Notes under the pieces: model-generated
Databases searched by the model: none
Told to the model about the DNA's origin: nothing
Seen by the model: only the letters and a program-made list of their open reading frames with translations
Made by a program: the position numbers and the translations under genes
Assembly (NCBI GenBank): GCA_031416315.1
Contig: JANOTL010000163.1
Coordinates: 1-36,229, forward strand
Length of the DNA stretch: 36,229 nucleotides
Direction: 5' to 3'
From: Pseudomonadota bacterium
GTDB lineage: Bacteria > Bdellovibrionota_B > Oligoflexia > Oligoflexales > CAIYRB01
In this document: in pieces, positions 1 to 7,777 of the stretch
How positions within the stretch are numbered: the stretch's first letter is position 1
Layout of the letters: every line of letters begins with the position of its first letter

Positions 1-740
1 GCGCCGAGCTCGACAAGCTCTTACCGCTCGCCGACGTCAAGACGTTCGAGCATCACGAAGACGCTTTCCGCGACTGGAGCGCGTTCCCGTTCGCCGAGCT
101 CCTGACCAAAGTTTACGGCGAGAAGTGGAAGACGGCGGAAGAGCTCTTGTTCACTTGCTCGGACGGCTACCAGCCCTCGGTACCCGTAGCCAAGCTCAAG
201 GAATTCTCCGCCTACCTCGCCGTCGCGCGGAAGGATCAGCCGGAGTTCACCATGACCAACCGCTTTCAGAACGGGGCCAAGGTCGTGCTCGGGCCGTACT
301 ACCTGGTCTGGGACAACGTGGGTCGCCCCGAGCTCAAGGCCGAGGGCGCCGCGGATCAGCCCTACCAGGTGGTCGCGGTCGACCTCATCGAGTTCAAAGA
401 CCGCTTCCCTGCGCTGGCGCCGATCATCGTCAAGGGCGTCGACACGAAGGCGGCGAAACGCGGGTTTTTGGCGTTCCGCAAGCACTGCATCACCTGCCAC
501 ACGGTAAACGGAGAGGGAGGGCAGAAGGGGCCGGAGCTCAACTATCCGGTGAGTGTCATGGAGCTGTGGAAGGAAGCTTGGCTGCGCAAGTGGATCGAGA
601 ATCCCGCGGCGATTCGCTGGAACACGACGATGCCGCCGCTGCAGGTCGCAGAGAAGGAAAAGGCGAAGGTGACGTCGGAGATCGTGGCGTATTTGCGGGC
701 GATGGAGAAGAACAAGGTGAAGCCGGTGGTGAAGCCCTGA
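1..740 (+). CDS. Cytochrome c family protein: molybdopterin-oxidoreductase-like N-terminal domain fused to a C-terminal class I cytochrome c (5' end truncated by the window)
   Basis: The frame of ORF 147..740 stays open back to base 3 (AELDKLLPLADVK...). It has a heme motif CITCH, then GPELN and a distal TTMP (axial Met). The N-terminal part contains TCSDGY...GPYYLVW...PYQV. Confidence 0.8.
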   Translation, partial: AELDKLLPLADVKTFEHHEDAFRDWSAFPFAELLTKVYGEKWKTAEELLFTCSDGYQPSVPVAKLKEFSAYLAVARKDQPEFTMTNRFQNGAKVVLGPYYLVWDNVGRPELKAEGAADQPYQVVAVDLIEFKDRFPALAPIIVKGVDTKAAKRGFLAFRKHCITCHTVNGEGGQKGPELNYPVSVMELWKEAWLRKWIENPAAIRWNTTMPPLQVAEKEKAKVTSEIVAYLRAMEKNKVKPVVKP

Positions 741-901
741 GGCCTCATCAGCGGGTAGGCGCAGACAAGTCGTTCAGTTCATGGAATTTACATCACAAAC
801 TATCAGTTCCACTGATGTGAAAGCCGCTCGGGGACTCTGCGCAGCCCTATGACGGATCACTCCGGGCTCAGGTCTTCCAAGAAACCGACGATTACCAAGA
901 C

Positions 902-2390
902 ATGGTCAATCCGCTTTTCCGCATCGTCGTCGTAGCTGGCGCCTTGAGCCTCGCAGGCTGCTCAGGCGGCGAGGGGTTCTCCGGCATCGCTCAGAAGAGC
1001 GCTGGCAAAGACCGAGGCAATGGTGACAACGGCGCCTCTGATGACGTGTCGATCGTAACTGCGAATAAGCCGGCGAACGTCGCCGGCGCGTATCTGACTT
1101 GCGACTGGCAGGCGGTCGAGGCAGACGCGCGTGTGACGTTCTCATGCGCCATGCTCACGGCGAACGGAGCGACCTTCACGCTGCCACCAGGGGGAAGCAT
1201 CCGTTGGGAGGTGCCGCCCGCCGATGAGCGCGGGGTGATCGACGTCGTTCCTGACGCCCTTGGCGGAGCGAGCGCGTCGATCACGGCGCCGTCATCGAGA
1301 ATCCTGAACCTCGTCGTCAACGTGACAGTCGCCGGCGCAAGCCCCGAGCCAATCACCCGTGGTCTACAAGTGGCGCTACCGAAACTCGATGCAGGCGGGG
1401 CGCTGGCGCAGTGCCTAGCGACCGAAACGAGACCAGGCGTGTGCTTTTCGGCTGCGAGTATCTCGATCGACGACCGATCGACGCCCGCAGAGGACATCTC
1501 GACCCCTGCGAACGTATCAATCGCGGGTGATACGATTGCCGAGCCCTTGATTTCCGCGCCCTACGGCGTAAAGGTCACGTTGTCGCGGGTGCTAGCGACT
1601 GACGTAAGCATCGAGCTGGCCATTCGCTCCGCCGACGCGAATCCCGCCGTCAGCGGCGTCGACTTCGAAGTGAGCAAGTCCTTGAATGTGACCATCCCTG
1701 CAGGGCAGCTCTTCGCCGCGCTCGAGCTGACGATCTTCGCCCGAGCGGGCCACCAGGACGATCGCAGCTTTGTCGTCGAAATGAATCGTGCGACGTCTGC
1801 CGAATTGACGAAAGCCAAGTCGGCGACGTTCACGATCCGCGACGTGCCAGTGGCGCCGCCTGCACAAGTCCTCGGGCTGGCTGCCCTCGGCGACGGGTGG
1901 AAGATCGAAAGCCGGGCTATCACCCGCGACGTTGGGGAAGCGCCCGTCGTCTCGTCGTTCGGCATCACCGAAATCGTCGTTAACTTTTCGGTGCCGGTCG
2001 ATGCCTCGGTCGAAACGTTCTCGGTCAAGGGCATTAGAAAGAACTACAATGTTCTCGGTTTTTCCACAGGGAATCTCGGAAAATCGGCGACAGTCGACCC
2101 TCGACAAGGCGATCGTCGCGGATCGAGTCACGATCCTTGTCCGGAAGTCGCCCGCCGTTCCCCTTGCGGAAGACGCTAGCTTCAACGTCAACGTGCTGAG
2201 GGGAGATACGTCGGGTGATGGCATCATTTCCAACGGCGACGTCCTGAGGGTCGTCAATTCTGTGAACGACTCGTTACCCTATAGCTGGGCGAATGACGTC
2301 AACTGCGACGGCGAAGTGAGCATCACGGATGCAGATGCAATCACGGCCGTCATCACCGCCGGGGTCGACCTCTCCTTACCGCCTCGCTGA
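902..2390 (+). pseudogene. Surface lipoprotein (Calx-beta-like, Ig-like and C-terminal dockerin-like domains) split by a one-base frameshift near 2096; a true pseudogene or a sequence error
   Basis: Lipobox LAGC. Calx-beta-like segment (VSIAGDTIAE...VKVTLSR...AVSGVDF...VTIPAGQ...DDRSFVVEM). ORF 902..2179 ends in a non-protein-like tail, while the +1 frame (to 2390) carries two dockerin Ca-loops, GDTSGDGIISNGD and DVNCDGEVSITDA. Confidence 0.75.
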
Positions 2391-2424
2391 CGGGCGACGA
2401 GCCACGTCCAGATGCAGCGTCGAA

Positions 2425-3717
2425 TCAGACCGAGCGCACGAACTTGGCGCGCGGACGCAGCTGATATTCGGCGTATCGTTGCTCGATGACGTGCGCCACC
2501 CAGCCCGCGATGCGGCCGACGGAGAAGACCGCGGACGCAGCGCCGCGCGGCGCGCCGAGGAGCGCGAGCACCGCGACGACCGCGAGGTCGACGTTCGGCA
2601 ACTCCGTCTTCGCCGCGCCTACGGCGTCGAGGAGAGCTTGGGCGAGGGCGAAGCGCTCGCGCGCGGCCTTCGGCGCGGTTTTTGCCAGTTGGACGGCGTC
2701 GGCGAGGAGCAATCTGGCGCGAGGATCGCCGGATGCGGCGTGGAGTCGGTGGCCGAAGCCGGGGAGGGAGAGTTTCTGCGCCTTCGCCTTGAGCACCGCC
2801 TCCTTGGCGTCGGCTGGCGTGCGCAAGGCGGCGAAGAGCTCCTCGACGGCCGCGAAGGAGGCGCCGTGCCGCGGCCCGGCGAGAGCGCCGAGTCCCGCTT
2901 GGAGGCAAGCATAGGTGTCGGCGCCGGTCGAAGCGGCGACACGCGCGGCGAACGTGGAGGAGTTGAGCTCGTGGTCCGCGATGGCGACGAGGATGCGGTC
3001 GATCGCGGTCGCGGCGAGCTCCGGAGCAGTGCCGGCAGCGAGGCGTGACGCGAGGATCTCGGCGACGGAGGCTCCAGCTGCGTGCGCCGCCGGGACGCCG
3101 ACCCCGACCTGCGCTCCGCCGCCCGCTGGCACCCCCATGGCCAAGCACAGCACCGCGCTCCGCGCCCGCACCAGCGCCTGGTCCGTCGTCTCAGTTCCCG
3201 CCGCTTCGTCCGCCTCCGCCAGCCGCGCGATGCGGTGCGACGCACGCCGGAACCATTGCCGTGGCAGCTCGTCTTCCCGTAAGGCGCCGGCACCGTGCTT
3301 CTCCAGCTCGGCGAGAAAGCGCGCGCTTGGCCGCGGCCACCGCGGGGCTGTCTCGGGAAGGAGCCCCGACCACAGATGCTCGGCGACCGCTTCGAACCCG
3401 ACGCCGCGCGCGAGCAAGGTGTCGAGCGCCAGCCCGCGGTACGCGAGCCGGCCGTCGCCGACGTCGGAGACTCCCGTTTCCATCACCGGCTCGCCCCAGC
3501 GTAAGGCGCTCGCGGCCGCTGGCCCGTGCCCCGAGCGCGCGCTGCGCCGCGCTTTCAGCCGCTGGAGATCGCTCGCCGCATAAAGTCGCTCGCGCGGCGT
3601 CGCTCCCGTCTCGGTGCGCACCTGCCCGCGGCTGACATAGGCGTAAAGCGTCTCCTTCTTGATGCCGAGCAGCGCCGAAGCCTCCTCGGCCGATAACCAT
3701 TTCGCCATGCGAGTCAC
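2425..3717 (-). CDS. Citrate synthase family protein with N-terminal helix-turn-helix (excisionase/MerR-like) DNA-binding domain
   Basis: N-terminal WLSAEEASALLGIKKETLYAYVSRG. Citrate synthase motifs DHELNSSTFAARV, GPRHG, PGFGH, DPRA, NVD and GRIAGW. Confidence 0.92.
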   Translation of the reverse strand: MTRMAKWLSAEEASALLGIKKETLYAYVSRGQVRTETGATPRERLYAASDLQRLKARRSARSGHGPAAASALRWGEPVMETGVSDVGDGRLAYRGLALDTLLARGVGFEAVAEHLWSGLLPETAPRWPRPSARFLAELEKHGAGALREDELPRQWFRRASHRIARLAEADEAAGTETTDQALVRARSAVLCLAMGVPAGGGAQVGVGVPAAHAAGASVAEILASRLAAGTAPELAATAIDRILVAIADHELNSSTFAARVAASTGADTYACLQAGLGALAGPRHGASFAAVEELFAALRTPADAKEAVLKAKAQKLSLPGFGHRLHAASGDPRARLLLADAVQLAKTAPKAARERFALAQALLDAVGAAKTELPNVDLAVVAVLALLGAPRGAASAVFSVGRIAGWVAHVIEQRYAEYQLRPRAKFVRSV

Positions 3718-3729
3718 CCCCTTAGAATA

Positions 3730-3756
3730 TTGATTGAGTAATCAAGATTGATCAAT
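3730..3756. promoter_or_regulatory. Palindromic operator candidate between the divergent citrate synthase genes
   Basis: TTGATT-GAGT-AATCAA (3730-3745) is followed after one base by the perfect palindrome ATTGATCAAT (3747-3756), in an AT-rich 79-bp spacer. Confidence 0.7.
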
Positions 3757-3796
3757 GTGTATTTCGAGCCGATGCTGGCTTTGAGGAGGACGGGAC

Positions 3797-4915
3797 ATGC
3801 AAAGCAAAGTGACGGCATCGGGCTTGGACGACGTGGTCGTGGCGCATACCGAGATGAGCTCGGTGGACGGCGAGGCGGGCCGCCTCGTCATCCGTGGGTA
3901 CGAGGTCGAGGTTTTAGCGCAGGCGACCGGATTCGAGGGCGTGATCGGGCTCTTGCTCGAAGGCGAGCTCCCGGCCGCGGCGCGTCAGAAGGAAATCGAG
4001 GTGCGGCTCGGCGCAGCGCGAGGGGAGGTGTATGCGACGGTCGCTCAGGCGGCCGTGGCGATCGCTCATGGCGGCGTCGCCGGCCATGCCGGCTTAACCC
4101 CATCCTCTGGCATGGACGCCGTCCGCGCCGGTCTAGCCGCTCTCTCCGTCGAGGGCCTGACTCCCGAAGACGCAAGCTACCGTGTGATCGCCGCCGCCGC
4201 GGTCGCCGCCTCCGCTTGGAACCGCGCGCGCCGCGGCGAAGACCCACGTGCCCCCGATCCGCGCCGCACGCATGCCGCCGATTTTCTGGCGATGGCGACG
4301 GGGGGCACCGATCCCGCCGCCGCGAAGGCGCTCGACGCCTACCTCGTCACCGTCGCCGACCACGGCCTCAACGCCTCGACGTTCACCGCGCGCGTCGTCG
4401 CCTCCACGGGCTCCGATCTGGCCTCGGCGGCGACCGCCGGCGTCTGCGCCTTGAAAGGCCCGCTGCACGGCGGCGCTCCTGGCCCCGTCCTCGACATGCT
4501 CGACGCCATCGGCGCCCCCGCGAACGCTGCGGCCTGGATCGAGGCCGAGCTCGCCTCCGGCCAACGCATCATGGGCATGGGTCACCGCATTTATCGGGTC
4601 CGCGATCCCCGCGCCGCCGTGCTCGAGGCCGCGACGCGCGAGTTGGCGAAGACGCGTGAGACGCCGCGGCTCGCGCTGGCGCGGGCGGTCGAGGACGTGG
4701 CGCGCAGTGCGCTCGCGGCGAAATATCCGAATCGGCCGCTGCAGGCGAACGTCGAGTTTTTCACCGCGGTGCTGCTGGATGCGGTCGGGCTGCCGCGCGA
4801 GCTGTTTAGTCCGACGTTCGCGGTGGCGCGGGTGTTGGGTTGGACGGCGCACTTTTACGAGCAGCGTGGGGTGGGGCGGTTGATCCGTCCGGCGTCGGTT
4901 TACGTCGGCCCGTAA
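3797..4915 (+). CDS. Citrate synthase / 2-methylcitrate synthase family protein
   Basis: Motifs GLDDVV...VDGEAGRLVIRGY, DHGLNASTFTARVVAST, LKGPLHGGA, MGMGHRIYRVRDPRA and NVEF. RBS GAGGAGG precedes the ATG. Confidence 0.95.
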   Translation: MQSKVTASGLDDVVVAHTEMSSVDGEAGRLVIRGYEVEVLAQATGFEGVIGLLLEGELPAAARQKEIEVRLGAARGEVYATVAQAAVAIAHGGVAGHAGLTPSSGMDAVRAGLAALSVEGLTPEDASYRVIAAAAVAASAWNRARRGEDPRAPDPRRTHAADFLAMATGGTDPAAAKALDAYLVTVADHGLNASTFTARVVASTGSDLASAATAGVCALKGPLHGGAPGPVLDMLDAIGAPANAAAWIEAELASGQRIMGMGHRIYRVRDPRAAVLEAATRELAKTRETPRLALARAVEDVARSALAAKYPNRPLQANVEFFTAVLLDAVGLPRELFSPTFAVARVLGWTAHFYEQRGVGRLIRPASVYVGP

Positions 4916-5033
4916 CGAGTTCGTCCGGCCGGCTTCTTCCGCGCCTCAGGAATTCAGCGCTTCAGTGTCGTCCGGCCTTTTTTACACGGAAACGCGGAAT
5001 CTCTGCGACGCTGAGTTTTTTGGCCGGCAGCAG

Positions 5034-6053
5034 CTAAACCATGGACGCTGGCCCCCGCACCACCATCCGATACCGCGCCGTCCCCGCCCGCACCCGCTCG
5101 ATCGCGAGCGGCGCCTCGTCCCAAGCCACGATCTCGACCCGCGGCTCGATGTTCTTCGCCACGGCGAAGCGCAAGAGCCGCGCCATCGTCTGCGGCGTGC
5201 CGATCACGCTCCCCGTGATCTTCTTCCGCCCGTCGAGAAGGTGATCCGCATCAACGGTGACCGCCTTCGACGGCACGCCGAGTAAACACAAGGTCCCCGC
5301 GGGCGCGAGCCGCTCCATCCACTCGTTCCAAGCGAGATCCGCGGAGGTCGTCGTCAATATCAGATCGAGCGCAGATGCCTCGGGGTTGAAATGCGCGGCC
5401 CCGAGCGCGCGCGCCTCCGCCTCCTTCGAAAGATCCGGATCGAAGACGGTGACGACGGCCCCCATCGCCCGCGCGATCTGCACCGCGAGGTGGCCGAGCC
5501 CGCCACAGCCGACGATGCCGACCTGCATTCCCCAGCGGTCGACGTAGGCCTCCAACGGCGTGAATACCGTGAGGCCCGCGCAAAAGAGCGGCGCCGCCCG
5601 CTCGGAGCTCAAAGACGCCGGCACGGGAACGGTGAACCGCGCGTCGGCGCGCACCCGCTCGGCCATGCCGCCCGGCTGGTCGACGCAGGTCCGACGCTTG
5701 CCTCCGGTGCAAACGTGCACGTCCCCGCGGATGCACGCGTCGCACCGAAAGCAGGCGCCGCACTGCCAGCCCACGCCGACGCGCGTTCCGAGCGCGAGGC
5801 CTTCCGACTCGAGGACGCGCGCGCCGACCGCGACGATGCGGCCGACGACCTCGTGACCAGGGACGAGCGGGAAACGCGCGCTCGACCAGTCGCCGTCGAT
5901 CAGGTGCAGGTCGCTGTGACAAACGGCGCAGCATTCCACCGCGATCTCGACCTCGTGCGGTCCAAGCGCGCCGAAGCGGATCCGGTCGGGCAAAAGCCTC
6001 GCCCCGGCAGACCTTGCCGACCACGCCGCGTGTCCGTCCATCGCGCACCCCAT
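5034..6053 (-). CDS. Zinc-dependent NAD(P)-dependent alcohol dehydrogenase (cinnamyl alcohol dehydrogenase-like)
   Basis: Catalytic Zn motifs CHSD and GHEVVG, structural Zn CxxCxxC...C, APLFCAGLT, Rossmann GCGGLG and C-terminal RYRMV. The start may be 6041. Confidence 0.93.
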   Translation of the reverse strand: MGCAMDGHAAWSARSAGARLLPDRIRFGALGPHEVEIAVECCAVCHSDLHLIDGDWSSARFPLVPGHEVVGRIVAVGARVLESEGLALGTRVGVGWQCGACFRCDACIRGDVHVCTGGKRRTCVDQPGGMAERVRADARFTVPVPASLSSERAAPLFCAGLTVFTPLEAYVDRWGMQVGIVGCGGLGHLAVQIARAMGAVVTVFDPDLSKEAEARALGAAHFNPEASALDLILTTTSADLAWNEWMERLAPAGTLCLLGVPSKAVTVDADHLLDGRKKITGSVIGTPQTMARLLRFAVAKNIEPRVEIVAWDEAPLAIERVRAGTARYRMVVRGPASMV

Positions 6054-6107
6054 TTTTTGCCGCCGTTCGACGCGTTTGCTACCATAAATCCATCACGCTA
6101 GGAACCA

Positions 6108-7220
6108 ATGATGCGGGTGCTCTCCGGATTCGTCGCGCTCATCTCGCTGCTCATCGCCGGAGAGACGGCGGCGCAGACCGGCGGCTATCGTGATCCCCTC
6201 ATGGGCAAAGAGTTCGAGGTCGTGAAGCTCGACAAGAAGCGCACGTCGGCGATTATCGACGGCGGCTCGGGCGACGGCGTGCAACGCGGCCGCACGCTCT
6301 GCATCTTCAACCGCGAGGACGCGCAGATCGGCTGCTGGCCGGTGAGCGGCGTCAAGGCGAGCCAGTCCGCGATCACCATCCCGAAGGCCCAGTTCCGCAG
6401 CGTGAAGCGCGGCATGATGGTGCGCCCCGCCCCGCTGCAACCGGCGCCCGTACCAGGTGGCGCCTACCCGCAACAAGCTCCCCGCGCGGGCGCGGCGGCG
6501 GCTCCAGGCCGCACCGGCTTGGCGTTCGTGACCTTCGGCTACGCCTACGTGCCGCTCCTGCCCTTCAATTTCGACGTGCCGGCGTTCGACGTCGACGCTC
6601 GCGCCGCCGGCGGTCCCTTGTGGAAGAGCAGCTCGACGGTAAAGTCCTCGCCGGCGGCCATCCGCTTCGTCGTCGAGACGCCGCTGACGGCGACGGTCGC
6701 CCTGAGCCTCGGCATCGTCTACCGCCACATCAACGAGACGAAGGCACAAGGCGACTACGACGCCGACGACCCGGCGGCCTTCATCGAACAGCAGCTGACG
6801 GCGCAGTCGATCGGCGTGCCCTTGCAGGCTCGCTGGCTCTTCGGCTCGGGGCGACTCCTCTTCCTCCTCGCTGAAGGCCTAGAGATCGACTACTCGTTGG
6901 TGCGCCTGCGCGCCTCGAGCAAGCGCGACGACGGCACGGCGACGCAGCGAATCGCCGACCTGCTGTCGACGCTGACGGTCTTCTCGATCCGAGGCGACTT
7001 CGCCGCGGTGATGCGCTTCTCGCCGACCTTCAGCGGCCAGGCGGGCCTGGCGCTCCTAATTCCGGTGGCCAGCGGCGGCTCGGCGGAGGTGACCAAATTG
7101 ACGCTGCCCGCCGGCGCTTCGCCGACTCGCGATCACGAGAAGGACTTGGTCAGCGCCGTCGGGCATCGCAGGAGCAAGGTCGGGATCGAGATCCCGATCA
7201 CCTTCTCCGTCACGTTCTAA
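6108..7220 (+). CDS. Exported protein, probable outer-membrane beta-barrel with an N-terminal beta domain and Pro/Ala linker
   Basis: Signal peptide, alternating amphipathic strands in the C-terminal half, and a terminal IEIPITFSVTF resembling a BAM beta-signal. Confidence 0.65.
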   Translation: MMRVLSGFVALISLLIAGETAAQTGGYRDPLMGKEFEVVKLDKKRTSAIIDGGSGDGVQRGRTLCIFNREDAQIGCWPVSGVKASQSAITIPKAQFRSVKRGMMVRPAPLQPAPVPGGAYPQQAPRAGAAAAPGRTGLAFVTFGYAYVPLLPFNFDVPAFDVDARAAGGPLWKSSSTVKSSPAAIRFVVETPLTATVALSLGIVYRHINETKAQGDYDADDPAAFIEQQLTAQSIGVPLQARWLFGSGRLLFLLAEGLEIDYSLVRLRASSKRDDGTATQRIADLLSTLTVFSIRGDFAAVMRFSPTFSGQAGLALLIPVASGGSAEVTKLTLPAGASPTRDHEKDLVSAVGHRRSKVGIEIPITFSVTF

Positions 7221-7244
7221 TACGTCGGAAGCGGCTCGAAGCGC

Positions 7245-7622
7245 TTAGTTGACTCCGAAGACGCAGCTTTGGCCGTTGTAGGAGCGCGCGTAGTTGAACG
7301 CGTTCGCCAGCGGCTGGCCGCCGATGCCGTTGAAGTACGCGTTGCCGCCGAGGCAGGAGACTTGCACATAGTTCCACGCGTAGAGCCAGTAGTAGCCGCG
7401 CGTGGTGTTCAGGATCGGGGCGCGCGTCGAGAAGGCGATGGCATTACGCACTTGGTTGCACTGATAGAAGACGTTGTTGACGCCGTAAGAGAGGGCCCAA
7501 ACGCCGTCGGTCGTCGACGCGCTGCAGTAGGTGCCTTGCTGGGCCGAGGCCGAGCCGGCGCCGAGCGTGAAGGTCAAAAGGAGCGCCGCGATTGGGGCGA
7601 GGAGAGCTTTGAAGAGTTTCAT
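7245..7622 (-). CDS. Small secreted protein rich in aromatic residues and Asn, with four Cys; function unknown
   Basis: RBS GGAGG, classic signal peptide ending ASA, and host-like C/G-ending codons. Confidence 0.8.
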   Translation of the reverse strand: MKLFKALLAPIAALLLTFTLGAGSASAQQGTYCSASTTDGVWALSYGVNNVFYQCNQVRNAIAFSTRAPILNTTRGYYWLYAWNYVQVSCLGGNAYFNGIGGQPLANAFNYARSYNGQSCVFGVN

Positions 7623-7714
7623 GGAATCCTCCAGGGTGTGGTTGCCGAGTGCAGACCAGTTACCACGGGAATGAGGACGCCGAAACCCCTGAGCGTAAGC
7701 GCCCGAACCAAATG

Positions 7715-7748
7715 AAAAAAGGCGGCTTTCCCGCTAGGGAGAGCCGCC
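7715..7748 (-). terminator. Rho-independent terminator of the PA14 gene
   Basis: On the minus strand: GGCGGCTCTCCC-TAGC-GGGAAAGCCGCC (12-bp stem, one mismatch) followed by T6, about 30 bp after the stop at 7778. Confidence 0.88.
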
Positions 7749-7777
7749 CCGGATCTCAGTTCTCTACGAGATCGAGA

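Noticed and set aside
866..892. Sigma28-like promoter before gene 902 (TCAG...ACCGACGA)
   Set aside because: The spacer is 12-13 nt rather than 15.
4951..5021. Imperfect inverted repeat (AATTCAGCG...CGCTGAGTT) followed by a T-run between convergent genes
   Set aside because: The stem is long-looped and mismatched, too weak to call a terminator or mobile element.
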